From Chitinophagales bacterium (lineage in GTDB: Bacteria > Bacteroidota > Bacteroidia > Chitinophagales > JANQFB01), in contig JANQFB010000055.1 in the NCBI GenBank assembly GCA_028278085.1, positions 3,806 to 67,805 of the forward strand: a stretch of 64,000 nt of DNA. The letters are read 5' to 3'. This document shows, piece by piece, positions 43,817-54,700 of the stretch. Made by a program: the position numbers and the translations under genes. Each line of letters starts with the position of its first letter. Position 1 is the stretch's first letter. The notes under the pieces are model-generated. The model saw only the letters and a program-made list of their open reading frames with translations, was not told the origin of the DNA and did not search any database.

Positions 43817-45880
43817 ATGAGATTACTATTGTGCAGTTGTTTGCTGATGATACTCTTCGGGTGTAAATCCCAGAAAGGAGCGGGAGATAAGGAATATTCA
43901 CCCAAGCAAAACTTGAAATTCGCAGATCAGTTGTTCAATATGGGCAGCTACTATAATGCCATCGACTACTATGCCAAAGTCCATGAAAGTACGCCCGACA
44001 ACCCGCATGTTGCCTGGCAATTGGCGGAATCCTATTTTTTATCCCGGGATTATGTAAAGGCAGAAGAATGGTATAAAAAAACCATGGACCAGGCCGCGGC
44101 AAAATATCCGCTGGTCGGCTTCAAGTATGCCCAGGCCCAAAAGATGAACGGCAAATATGCCGAAGCCAAAAAATCCTTTACCAACTTTATCAAAACCTAT
44201 AAGCAGTCGGATGCCCAGAATTACAAGAAGATCGTAAGGGTCGAAAAAGAAGGCTGCGATTATGCCCTGGAAGCTCAAAAAAGCCCGGCTAATATCAAAA
44301 TGATCCACATGGACGAAAACATCAATGCGGCTTATACCGAATTCGCTCCGATGCCCATGGGTGATGATAAATTCTTCTATGCTACCCTGTATTCCGATTC
44401 CGTGATCGAGCTCGACGGAAAAAAGAATGTCAAACATTTCAGCAGGATCTTCCAGCTCGACCGGAATGGCGGTGAATATACCAACAAACAAAAATTGCCG
44501 CCGGCTATCAATGATAATAACTATCATACCGGCAACGGTACTTTTTCCTTTAACGGCAGCAAATATTATTTCACCAAATGCCAGCAGACCGAAACCGGTA
44601 AGGTAAATTGTGAGATCTATGTAACCAATTACAAAAAGGGTGATTGGGGTACCCCGGAAAAACTGGAGTTCAACATCAATATGGAGGGCTACACCAGTAC
44701 ACACCCAACGATCGGGCCCTATAAAAGAGGCGGGCAGGTGCTTTATTTCGTGTCTGACCGGCCGGGAGGTGTCGGAGGAATGGATATATGGTACTCGGTT
44801 ATTTCCCGCAACGGTAAAAAATACGGCGAGCCGCAAAATGCAGGCCGGAAGATCAATTCCCTGAGGGATGATATCACGCCTTATTTCGATAACAAATCCA
44901 AAACCTTTTATTTCAGCTCTAACGGCCGTGTCGGTATGGGCGGCTATGATATTTTCAGAACCGAAGGGATGATGAAAAAATGGACCAAGCCGGAAAATAT
45001 GGGTCCTCCTTTGAACACAAGGGTCGACGATATGTATTTCGTACCGGAGAAAAGCGGGCAGGGTGGTTACCTGGTATCCAACCGTCCGGGTTCCATTGCC
45101 TTGAAAAGCCCGACCTGCTGCGACGACATTTACCGGTTTGAATACCGCAATGTGATCAACGTTGCCGTTCAGGGTTATGTGTATGACGAAAGCGATCCCT
45201 CCAAAACGCCCATCAACGACGCCACCGTTTCGCTATATATCGCCAATTCGGAAGATGAAAGCGGAGAGCCCCTGGCGATCGCCTCGGAAATTACCAAAGA
45301 CGGCAACATGTATTTTTTCGACCTGAATCCTAACAAAGAATACAAATTAAGCGCCGCGAAAAAAGGATATTTCTCCGGTAAAAGCCTGTTCACCGATTAT
45401 GAAGGTGTCAGTACCATGGGCATTACACGCTCGGATACCTTCCGTGTCGATCTTTTCCTGAAAAAAATGGAATTGAATGTTGCTTACCGGCTTCAAAACA
45501 TCTATTATGATTTCGATAAAGCCACGCTGCGGCCGGAATCCATCAAGACCTTGGATTCCCTGTTGATCTTACTCCGTGAGCATCCTGCCATAAAGATCGA
45601 ATTGGGCTCCCATACCGATAGTAAAGGCAGTAATGAATACAACATCCAGCTTTCTCAAAAACGGGCGGAAAGTGTGGTGAAGTTCCTGATCAAAAACAAG
45701 ATATCACCGGAACGCCTGGTTCCCAAAGGTTATGGTGAAGAAGTGGCCATTGCCCCGAATTCCAATCCCGATGGATCGGACAACCCTGAAGGCAGACAAT
45801 TGAACCGAAGAACGGAATTTAAGATCATCGGAGAACTGGAAAATGTCAAATACATGGAACCCGGAGAGGAAGAATATTAA
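43817..45880 (+). CDS. PorE-like lipoprotein: TPR + TolB-like propeller + one CRD + one OmpA_C domain
   Basis: Lipobox 'ILFGC'. TPR-like helices. PD40-like runs include 'GGQVLYFVSDRPGGVGGMDIWYS' and 'KTFYFSSNGRVGMGGYDIFRT'. The CRD-like region is 'VQGYVYDES...ATVSLY'. The OmpA domain is 'LGSHTDSKGSNEYNIQLSQKRAESV...NRRTEF'. Confidence 0.8.
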   Translation: MRLLLCSCLLMILFGCKSQKGAGDKEYSPKQNLKFADQLFNMGSYYNAIDYYAKVHESTPDNPHVAWQLAESYFLSRDYVKAEEWYKKTMDQAAAKYPLVGFKYAQAQKMNGKYAEAKKSFTNFIKTYKQSDAQNYKKIVRVEKEGCDYALEAQKSPANIKMIHMDENINAAYTEFAPMPMGDDKFFYATLYSDSVIELDGKKNVKHFSRIFQLDRNGGEYTNKQKLPPAINDNNYHTGNGTFSFNGSKYYFTKCQQTETGKVNCEIYVTNYKKGDWGTPEKLEFNINMEGYTSTHPTIGPYKRGGQVLYFVSDRPGGVGGMDIWYSVISRNGKKYGEPQNAGRKINSLRDDITPYFDNKSKTFYFSSNGRVGMGGYDIFRTEGMMKKWTKPENMGPPLNTRVDDMYFVPEKSGQGGYLVSNRPGSIALKSPTCCDDIYRFEYRNVINVAVQGYVYDESDPSKTPINDATVSLYIANSEDESGEPLAIASEITKDGNMYFFDLNPNKEYKLSAAKKGYFSGKSLFTDYEGVSTMGITRSDTFRVDLFLKKMELNVAYRLQNIYYDFDKATLRPESIKTLDSLLILLREHPAIKIELGSHTDSKGSNEYNIQLSQKRAESVVKFLIKNKISPERLVPKGYGEEVAIAPNSNPDGSDNPEGRQLNRRTEFKIIGELENVKYMEPGEEEY

Positions 45881-45937
45881 ATCATCATAAATACCAGCAA
45901 AAATCTGACTACGATCACCCCATATAAATCATTAGCT

Positions 45938-48900
45938 ATGAAAAAAAATTATTACTATATCCTGATAACAGCCCTGTTCATGTTGTGTGGACAGTTTACT
46001 ATAGCACAGCAGGCCACCCTGATATTCGTGCAGGATTTTGATATTCCCCAGAATTCGGGAGCCTTCGATGTCAATTCCCCTTTAGGTATCAATAATTACG
46101 GGTCCAATGAATGGGTGATCAATTCAGAGTATGACGGACAACCGATCTATATGGATACCCCGCCACAGGATACGATTTTCGATACCATCGGAAACATTGC
46201 TTTCCCCGGCGGTAACTATATGCACATCAATGATAATACCACCTTTCCCCAGGGCGCCACGTATAACGCGGCCAATAATTCGGATCAATGGACAGTGATG
46301 AACAATGGCGGGGTTTGTACCTATGGTTACGGAGAGGTGCTGATCACTTTCTGGTACCTGAGCATCGGTTCGCCCTATGGTTTTGGTGAAGTTTATTACA
46401 GCACCGATGGAGGGGCCAACTGGAACCTGACCGTTAACCGGGATGGTGAAACGAAATATAAGGATATGGACCGGTGGAAATACACGGAAATATCGATGCC
46501 TCAATTTGTAGGGCATGGAAATTTTCTGATCGCTTTCCGATGGATCAACACCAATGCGGATACCTCCGGCGGCGGCCAAATACCCTTTGCTGTCGATGAT
46601 GTTATGCTGGTAGGGATCAACGGCGATACGACCACGCCTGACCAGCCCTCACCGGCTATTATTGCCACCAGCATGTCGCCGACACCGGTGTGCCATGAAG
46701 ATGTGAACAACCCTGACATAACCTTTGCCTTTACGGTTACCGAACCGCTTTGTGAAGGAGATTATGTTATTGAATTATCCGATTCGAGCTGTAATTGGGA
46801 CAATTCCTTTGTATTCGGGATCCTGTCGAATTTTGTCGCCACGCCCGGCAACTGGGTGGCCACCGGAACCGGATTCCTGGTACCTTCTTCCATACCTATC
46901 GGACCATGCTATTGTTACCGGATCAGCAGGATCAGCAATCCGACCTTTGTCGGTACACCAAGCACCATTTGCTGGGAGATCATTGATTGCCCGGATTCAA
47001 CAGCCATTGCGGATACTCCTGCGGTGTTGAAAGACCCGATCATGAACGGATCGGGGGCCGGAACAGGTACTACCTTTCCTACCATATGTATGAACAGTGT
47101 GATCGACGTTCCGTTTTATTCGTACGGCGCCTATAATCCTGGCAATGCCTATTGGCTGGAGCTATCGGATTCCAACGGCAACTTCCCGGCCAACCCGCCG
47201 GATACCATCGGCGGACCATCCGGACCCAATACGCAAACCTATGATCCGGCCATTTATCCCCCACCTATATCACCAGGCTCACAATCCGGCAAAATACCGG
47301 ATGATGTGCCGGAAGGATGTAATTATTATATCCGGGTCAATTCAACGGATCCGGTTATAGAAGGAGCGATATGGGGACCCTTCTGTATCGTTAATTGCGA
47401 CGTGGAAACCAACCAGGCACAGGATTTCAGTGTTTGTGTCACCGATACGGACAGTGTATGTATAGAAATACCTTACGACATCAATAAATTCGATCCCAAT
47501 ATCGTCTATGATCCGAATAACGAGTTCCTGTTCCAGGTGCTGGACAATCAAACCATGGCAGTGATCAACGAAGGGGTATTGGGGCTCGAGCTCAATACGG
47601 CCAGTGGATTAATGGAATTATGTTTCCCCCCATTCCAGCAATACCTGGCGCTGCCCATGGAACCCAAGATGTATTATGTCCGGGTGATCTCGTCGAACGG
47701 TTCGGATACAACCGATCAATGGGGCAGCCTGGTGCGGATGACGGTTACCGGCATCTCCGGCTGGCCGATCACACTTACCGGCGACCGGGATACGATCATT
47801 TGTCCGCCAAACCCGAGGAACCCGATCTGCCTGACGGTGAGCTCCAACTGGTTGTCGCCGACATCGCAATACCAGTTCGAGTTCAGTACGGGCGGTTCCT
47901 TTACCTGGCGTCCACCACCGGGAAATGCGCCACAAATACCGCCGCATCCTCCATTACCGACCATATGCTTTAATACGGATAATTTCCCCGAAGGCTGGAC
48001 CAGTGTGACCGTTCAGGAAACGGCGGGGCCCGACTGTACCGGGCCGGTTTCCAATCCTGTGCAGTTCTATATCTGGAATGCCGCCGTTACCCGTGACTTT
48101 GACGGCGACTTCGATGTGTGCCAGGGCGATACCGTGACCTATACCGCAACCTTCTTTGAAGAATCGAACGGCTGGTATCACTTCGAACAAAACGGGGGAA
48201 AAGTCGTTAACGACTATGTTCCCAATACCCAGATACGGGTGGTTTGGGATTCGATCGGTTTCGGATTCTTTGTATCGCTGACCATTATCGGCGACCAGTG
48301 TGCCGGTGACCAGTATATCCAGAAAACGGTGAATGTCCTCCCACGGACCAAAGCCGATATTTCCGGTGATACCTCGGTTTGCCATGGGGAAACCGTCAGT
48401 CTGCGGGCCAGGAACGCCACCACCCAGTTCAACAATGAATATAACTGGTTTTACCTGGATGATACCACCACTACTTTAGCTGATTCCGTTGACGGGGATA
48501 CGGTTTCCATATTGACCCTTACCCCGGATACGACAACAGACTTGTTGCTGGAAGTGATCTATTCGCCGCCCGACGGTTGTTTCGATTACGATACGTTCCA
48601 GCTTAAAGTTCATAAGGCAGATGTCGACGCCGACAGTATCGAACTATGCGAGGGTGATACCATACCGCTAGTTGGTTCCGTAAACGGAGCCGTCAGCAGT
48701 GTGCATTGGGAACCGCCGACCGACCTGCTGTACCCGGATTCCTTACAGGCCCAAACCTATACCGTCGACCCGATCACCTACAAGCTGATCGCGGAATTCG
48801 GTACCGGGTGTTCGGATACGGCAGAGATCGCCATCGATATCATCCCGACATCCTTTGATATCAGTGAAGATGATACCATCGCACCGGGACAGCAATCCTT

Positions 48901-49348
48901 CCTGGTAGCGAACGGCGGGATCGAATATTTATGGGAGCCCGGATCGAGTCTCGACTTTACCGATATTTCCAATCCAACTGCTACACCTGACTCCACCACG
49001 GAATACCAGGTAAAGATCGTGGATGCAAACGGCTGTAAACGGACACTGGACGTAACGGTCTTTGTGCTGGATCCGAATATTGTGGTACCCACAGCCTTTT
49101 CACCGAATGGAGATAAAACCAATGACATCTTCTATCCCATTTATATGGCCATCGAAGAACTTTATGAATTCAAGGTCTTCAATCGATGGGGTGAATTAGT
49201 ATTCGAAACCAATGTGATCGGTCAGGGCTGGGATGGAAAGTACAAGGGTGTACCACAGGAGATTGGAACGTATATGTTCATTATTAAAGCCAAAACCTTA
49301 CTGGATGAAGAAAGAGCCTTCGAAGGTAATGTGACCCTGATCCGGTAA
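45938..49348 (+). CDS. Large Cys-rich surface protein with T9SS type-B sorting domain
   Basis: Signal peptide, 1136 aa. The C-terminus is 'PTAFSPNGDKTNDIFYP...VFNRWGELVFET...GWDGKYKG...GTYMFII'. Confidence 0.8.
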   Translation: MKKNYYYILITALFMLCGQFTIAQQATLIFVQDFDIPQNSGAFDVNSPLGINNYGSNEWVINSEYDGQPIYMDTPPQDTIFDTIGNIAFPGGNYMHINDNTTFPQGATYNAANNSDQWTVMNNGGVCTYGYGEVLITFWYLSIGSPYGFGEVYYSTDGGANWNLTVNRDGETKYKDMDRWKYTEISMPQFVGHGNFLIAFRWINTNADTSGGGQIPFAVDDVMLVGINGDTTTPDQPSPAIIATSMSPTPVCHEDVNNPDITFAFTVTEPLCEGDYVIELSDSSCNWDNSFVFGILSNFVATPGNWVATGTGFLVPSSIPIGPCYCYRISRISNPTFVGTPSTICWEIIDCPDSTAIADTPAVLKDPIMNGSGAGTGTTFPTICMNSVIDVPFYSYGAYNPGNAYWLELSDSNGNFPANPPDTIGGPSGPNTQTYDPAIYPPPISPGSQSGKIPDDVPEGCNYYIRVNSTDPVIEGAIWGPFCIVNCDVETNQAQDFSVCVTDTDSVCIEIPYDINKFDPNIVYDPNNEFLFQVLDNQTMAVINEGVLGLELNTASGLMELCFPPFQQYLALPMEPKMYYVRVISSNGSDTTDQWGSLVRMTVTGISGWPITLTGDRDTIICPPNPRNPICLTVSSNWLSPTSQYQFEFSTGGSFTWRPPPGNAPQIPPHPPLPTICFNTDNFPEGWTSVTVQETAGPDCTGPVSNPVQFYIWNAAVTRDFDGDFDVCQGDTVTYTATFFEESNGWYHFEQNGGKVVNDYVPNTQIRVVWDSIGFGFFVSLTIIGDQCAGDQYIQKTVNVLPRTKADISGDTSVCHGETVSLRARNATTQFNNEYNWFYLDDTTTTLADSVDGDTVSILTLTPDTTTDLLLEVIYSPPDGCFDYDTFQLKVHKADVDADSIELCEGDTIPLVGSVNGAVSSVHWEPPTDLLYPDSLQAQTYTVDPITYKLIAEFGTGCSDTAEIAIDIIPTSFDISEDDTIAPGQQSFLVANGGIEYLWEPGSSLDFTDISNPTATPDSTTEYQVKIVDANGCKRTLDVTVFVLDPNIVVPTAFSPNGDKTNDIFYPIYMAIEELYEFKVFNRWGELVFETNVIGQGWDGKYKGVPQEIGTYMFIIKAKTLLDEERAFEGNVTLIR

Positions 49349-49379
49349 TAAGGCTTTTGGCGGCCTGTTATATATTTCA

Positions 49380-50432
49380 ATGTACAAACTTGAAGGTCTA
49401 GCTTTGTGTGGGAAGGTATGTTCAAGCGTGTTGCTGGCCCTGCTGGTTGGTTTGCTGATATCCGTTAAACCTGCACAAGCGCAGGATATACACTTTTCAC
49501 AATTCTATTTTTCCCCACTAACGGTAAATCCGGCACAAACCGGTTTCTTTAACGGCCGCTACCGGTTTGCCGCCAATTACCGGGATCAATGGGGATTTGT
49601 CCCCTTCCTCAAAACCTATGCCGCCAGCTTCGATGCCAAGCTGGTCAATAATCTATTCAGCTATGGTAATATCCTCGCGCTCGGGGTGTATATGTATGGC
49701 GATAATCCCGAACCGGGCCATATTGGCAGAACCGGCTTTTTTGGGTCAGCCGCCTATCATCAAACCCTGGGGGACAAAAACCACTATATTGCCGTGGGCG
49801 TACAGGGAGGGCTGCACCAGATAGGATTTGACCCCAATCTGCTGCGGTTCGGCGACCAGATCGTAAACGGCTCAACATCCTCCAATGAAGCGTTTAACAG
49901 CACCAATATTCAATTCACCGACATCGGGGCTGGAGCTTTATGGAATATCGTTCCTAATGAACGGGCCAATATTTATGCCGGCTTTTCTCTTTTTCACCTT
50001 AACAGTCCGGTCGTTAATTTTGCCAGCGGCCCGGCGAATACCCTGTCGATGAGAACAGTTATCCATGGTGGCGCCGCTATCAAATTAAATGACCAATTCG
50101 ATCTTCTGCCGGCCATCATGCTCATGAAACAAAGATCTGCCAGTGAACTAATAATGGGTGCGGCTTTACGTTACAACCTGGAAGATAATGCCGGTATAAG
50201 ATTTGGCAGTTGGTTCAGGAATTACAGAAATGCCGATGCTCTTGTTATTATGACTGCCCTCGACTATCAACGATTTATTTTTGGCCTCAGCTATGATTTC
50301 AATATCTCCTCCTTTAGCCGAGTCAGCAACGCGAGGGGTGGCTACGAAATATCGCTGATCTATACCGGCGGTGTGATCGTCGAATCCAAACGGAACCGTA
50401 ACAAAGGCCGGATCCCCTGTCCTATTTTATAA
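49380..50432 (+). CDS. T9SS membrane protein, PorP/SprF family
   Basis: Contains 'AQDIHFSQFYFSPLTVNPAQTGFFNGRYRFAANYRDQW'. It starts 31 nt after the cargo gene. Confidence 0.85.
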   Translation: MYKLEGLALCGKVCSSVLLALLVGLLISVKPAQAQDIHFSQFYFSPLTVNPAQTGFFNGRYRFAANYRDQWGFVPFLKTYAASFDAKLVNNLFSYGNILALGVYMYGDNPEPGHIGRTGFFGSAAYHQTLGDKNHYIAVGVQGGLHQIGFDPNLLRFGDQIVNGSTSSNEAFNSTNIQFTDIGAGALWNIVPNERANIYAGFSLFHLNSPVVNFASGPANTLSMRTVIHGGAAIKLNDQFDLLPAIMLMKQRSASELIMGAALRYNLEDNAGIRFGSWFRNYRNADALVIMTALDYQRFIFGLSYDFNISSFSRVSNARGGYEISLIYTGGVIVESKRNRNKGRIPCPIL

Positions 50433-50780
50433 ACTTGTGCAATCACAGAATGATGTCAATTTTGCGTTAAATCAACGTCAACTTTGAGTCATTCTTGACA
50501 TTTTCCGAGAATAAATGTGAGTTCGCGCCCAGGTTATTAGCTGTTTTAGCCTACTCAGATAGTTGCATAGCCAATAGTTTGAGGAAAACAAGAAAGTCCC
50601 AGAGAGGCAAAATTGGCAAATAACGTGAAACGTCCCTTAATCGCCAACTGGCTGTTGTTATAAACATGTTTTATCGATAAAATAACCGTATTGAACGAAT
50701 AATCAAAAGTCTATTGATTTAAAATTCAATCTCCTCTTGCACCACAATATTTATTTTATTATACTTACATATATAAATTA

Positions 50781-50798
50781 GCGAAAGTATACTTTCGC
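50781..50798. promoter_or_regulatory. Perfect 18-bp palindrome, candidate operator
   Basis: GCGAAAGTATACTTTCGC is its own reverse complement. It ends 22 nt upstream of the GTG start at 50821. Confidence 0.35.
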
Positions 50799-50820
50799 AT
50801 GTCAAAGACCTGGTAATTTC

Positions 50821-51528
50821 GTGAAAACATTTTTCATCATATTTTGTCTTTTACCTATGGTGATATTTGCACAAGAAGCAAAGTATCATCAACCACTCCG
50901 GATAGGATTATGTTTCAGTCCTGAGATCCAATATGTGACGGGAGGATATAATAAAATATATCTTATTTCTCCAAAAACAGGGATTACAGTAGGCATTAAT
51001 GGAGAAATCACCATTTCCAAACGGTTTTCCATGAGAACGGGTTTGTTTTATCGGCAAAAAAGGATCACTTATACGGAACCTGGGGGTGGAGGATTTTGGG
51101 ATGAACAAACGGGCAACAGAGTTTATGTAGATATGGATATAGATTATTCATTTGATGAATGGTTAGTCCCCATATTACTCAAGCACAATTTCCATAGTAA
51201 AAAGAATGCATTTTTTATATCCTTTGGCGGTGGAGTAGGCCTTCGAAGATTTACCTACCATCAAACACGGATTTGGTATCCTCGACGTCTTGGTGGTGTA
51301 TTTGTGGACTTAGACGATCCAAAACCACATGGTTTGTGGTCCTCAGGAAGTTTGGCTTTAATAGCGAGTTTCGGATATGAATATTCATTCTCCCGAACAT
51401 CCTTACTTTTAATAGAGCCTATGATAAAAATTCATCTGATCGAGGGAGTTCCATATGATCCTGCCTTCGATTATTCCTACACTTGGGGATTGAATATAAC
51501 TTATAATGTGGTGTTAGATCGTAACTAG
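50821..51528 (+). CDS. Putative outer-membrane beta-barrel protein
   Basis: Signal peptide 'FIIFCLLPMVIFAQE'. Alternating hydrophobic strands, Gly/Tyr-rich, with an aromatic-rich C-terminal strand 'YTWGLNITYNV'. GTG start. The gene is visibly AT-richer than its neighbours. Confidence 0.5.
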   Translation: MKTFFIIFCLLPMVIFAQEAKYHQPLRIGLCFSPEIQYVTGGYNKIYLISPKTGITVGINGEITISKRFSMRTGLFYRQKRITYTEPGGGGFWDEQTGNRVYVDMDIDYSFDEWLVPILLKHNFHSKKNAFFISFGGGVGLRRFTYHQTRIWYPRRLGGVFVDLDDPKPHGLWSSGSLALIASFGYEYSFSRTSLLLIEPMIKIHLIEGVPYDPAFDYSYTWGLNITYNVVLDRN

Positions 51529-51695
51529 TTGTGCAAGCAATTGGTCCTGGTGTCTTGATATATCTTATTGGTGTTGTGTATCAGCCTGTTAACAATTGAA
51601 ATTTTAACACCGAACATTTCTTGTTTTATTTCGGGTAGAATCATCTCGATACAGACAGACGGCCGTCCGTATAGAGGCTTTAATAATTCATCAAT

Positions 51696-51740
51696 GATCC
51701 GGAAGATTCTTCTGATCAATATAATTCGATCTTCCGGATC
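51696..51740 (-). terminator. Hairpin spanning the stop codon of the PKD/GEVED gene
   Basis: A perfect 12-bp stem, GATCCGGAAGAT (51696-51707) with ATCTTCCGGATC (51729-51740), and a 21-nt loop. No clear U-tract. Confidence 0.3.
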
Positions 51741-54700
51741 AACTGTTCTTTGCCCTGAACGATCTTAACAAGATAAATTCCCTTGGCCCAAGCCGACATA
51801 TTTACCGTGATATCGAAGCTTTCAGTGTGTTGTGATTGAAGCATGGTTTCACCCAATACATTTATCACGGAAAGTGAGATATCACCCTGGCCTTCGAACC
51901 GGTAAGAGAGGTTCAATTGACCCTGGGTAGGGTTCGGATAGATCCGGAGCTCGTTAACAGCAGCAGGGGCTCCGATCCCCGTCAGATCGGCAACTTGTAC
52001 GGCGGCTACTTTGAAATGGCTGCAGCCCTCATCATTTTCAACGGTTAACCTGACATTATAGGCGCCGGTCTCGGTATAGACATGGTCCGGGTGGACCAGG
52101 CTGGATGAATTGCCATCACCGAAATTCCAGTCGAGTTCGTCATAATCGTAGCTCTTATTTGTAAAGGATACCGGTTCGCCCACTTGTACCGGGTTGGGCG
52201 TGATCAGGAAATCGGCATAGTTGAAGGCCACCAGCACAGATTCGACCAGTGTATCGGATCCGTGGGTGTTGGTCGTTATTAAAGTAACGTCATAATGACC
52301 GGGCACGCTATACGTGTGGACCGGATGCTGCACGTTGGAGGTGGTGCTGTCTCCGAAATCCCATAACCAACTGCTGGCCTGGTTGATACTCTTATCGGTA
52401 AATTGCATTTCTCCGGTGCAATTACCGATATTTTCCGATTCAAAAGAAGTGATCGGGGGTATTTGGTTGCTGATCACGGTAACGGTATAATCTTCCACCT
52501 GTCCGTCGAAGGTAGTGGCACAGGGATCCGGTGTCATCAGCAGATCCGATGTGGAAGCCACACGCATCCGGATCGGGATATCATGTACTGTACCGCTGGG
52601 TACGGTGAAGTTCCCGTCATGATAGATGAATTTATCATCGGATGCAAGCACCAATTCGGTAACCGGATCGAAGTCCAGGCTATTATCATAATCGATCCAT
52701 ACCCTTACATTCTCATTGAGGAGCGTCCCGGTAAGTATGGAGATATCATAACTCACGCCTTCGATCAGGGTCGTTTTAGTATTGGTACAAGCCTGGTCAT
52801 AATAACCTTCCTGCATGCCATCTAATGTTACGTTATGGATCGTATTCAGGTGAACTTCGAATATCCCGACATTCGGGATCGCGTTGACTACGGCCGGCAC
52901 ACAATTGGGATCGGCGGCGCCGTAGTTGAAGTCGACATATTTATCCAGGACGATCGTATCGCAGCCATAAGGATTGCAAACGATCAGGCTTACCGTATAG
53001 CTTCCGGTATCGGGAAAGGCATAGGTATGGGAAGGATTTTCCTGGTTAGAAGTATTTCCATCCCCGAAATCCCACTCCCATGAGGTGGGGAAGTTGAAGG
53101 AATTATCGCTGAATTTGACCAGGCCACTGCAGGTATTCAGGGGTGTACCGGAAAAACCTGCTTCCGGGGGCAGCATATTTTCTTCGATGATCACACTATA
53201 ATCTTCTATCTGACCGGTCGTGATATTACCGCAAGGTGTGGGTGGTACACCGAATCCCCATTCCGACATTACGCGCATCCGAAGCAAGGTGTTGTAGGTA
53301 ACATTTTGCGGGAGCATGAGGGTACCCAGATGCGTTACCCGTTTCGGCTCACTGTCGAATACCATTTCCGCAGGATCGTCGAATACGCCATTATTATCGA
53401 AATCGATCCAGGCCCTTACATATTCGTCATAGGTCGGACCGGTAACCACCTTGATCGGCGTTGGAACGCCGGCGGTTATGGTGATAATTTGGGTGCATAC
53501 ATAATCCTGGTAACCTTCGATACCATTCCCGGAATTATGTTCGAATGTCGAATCAACCTGCACCTGGTAAATACCGGCATCGTTAAAATAACCGTTGTTC
53601 GGAATGCAGGAAGCTGCCGCCGGGCTGGCATTGGTTACTTCGATCAGGTCGGTTTTGGTCATGGTGTTCTGACCATGCTGGTTACTGGCCGTTAGCGTTA
53701 CGGTGTATACCCCTGTCGATATGTATGTATGTACCGGGTTTTGAAGATTGGAAGTATTCCCGTCCCCAAAATTCCATAGCCAGGTATCCGGAAAGTCTAC
53801 CGAGCGGTCCTCAAAATTTACGGTCAACGATCCGTTACAGGCCAGGGTATCGGAAACCGTGAAATCCGCAACCGGAGGATCGGTAATCTGTTTGACGACG
53901 ATATTATCGATATACACGCCATTACCCATATCCGGGCCGCCGTTGTCATAAGCATAACGGCAACTGGATTCGAATTTAATTTCTACCACACCGCCCACAT
54001 AAGCGGAAAGGTCCAGGTTCTGGGTGATCCAATCGCTGGTGATCCCCTGGGGTTGATAGGTATTACCGATCTGGTTACCGTCGACAGTAACCCGGAAATT
54101 GGTATAATTATCGACATACTGGTAAATGAGTTTCAGATCGAAGATCAAGCCTAAAGAGGTCGCACTCGTGGCGTCGATACACAAACTTGCCGAGGCCAGG
54201 TGCTCCGGGTTCGTGGTAAATTCATTCCCTTGACTCGGGGTGATCCAGGAGGCAAAGGTGTTGCCACCCATAGCTAATCCGTCCGGCCCGGTTTTGGCCG
54301 CAACGCTGGTAACCCTTACTTCCGACTCGGTATTTTCGATCACGATGAAATCATCCAGGTCCGATGAACCATTCGGGAATGGCTGCTGATAGGGGATCCC
54401 TAACGAACTTCTGTATTCTACGAAATCTGTTCTTACCAGGGTATCATAACCGAAGGCATTGTGTGTGATCAGGGTAACGGTGTAAGTTCCCGGTGTGGCA
54501 TAGGCATGTGTAGGATTGGCTACCGTATCGGTATTGCCATCGCCGAAATCCCACATACGCTGGTCGATATCCCCGGCGGTGAAATCCATGAAGGTAAACG
54601 TACCACTGCAACTTTCCAACTGATCCACGCCAAAGGAAGTAACCGGTGGTATGCTGGCAGGGTCGCTTTCGAAACGCATATCAGGCCGGTTAACCGTGGG

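Noticed and set aside
44039-44836. A 265-aa minus-strand ORF inside the PorE-like gene 43817..45880.
   Set aside because: It is antisense to a CDS with clear TPR, PD40 and OmpA motifs, and it has no features of its own.
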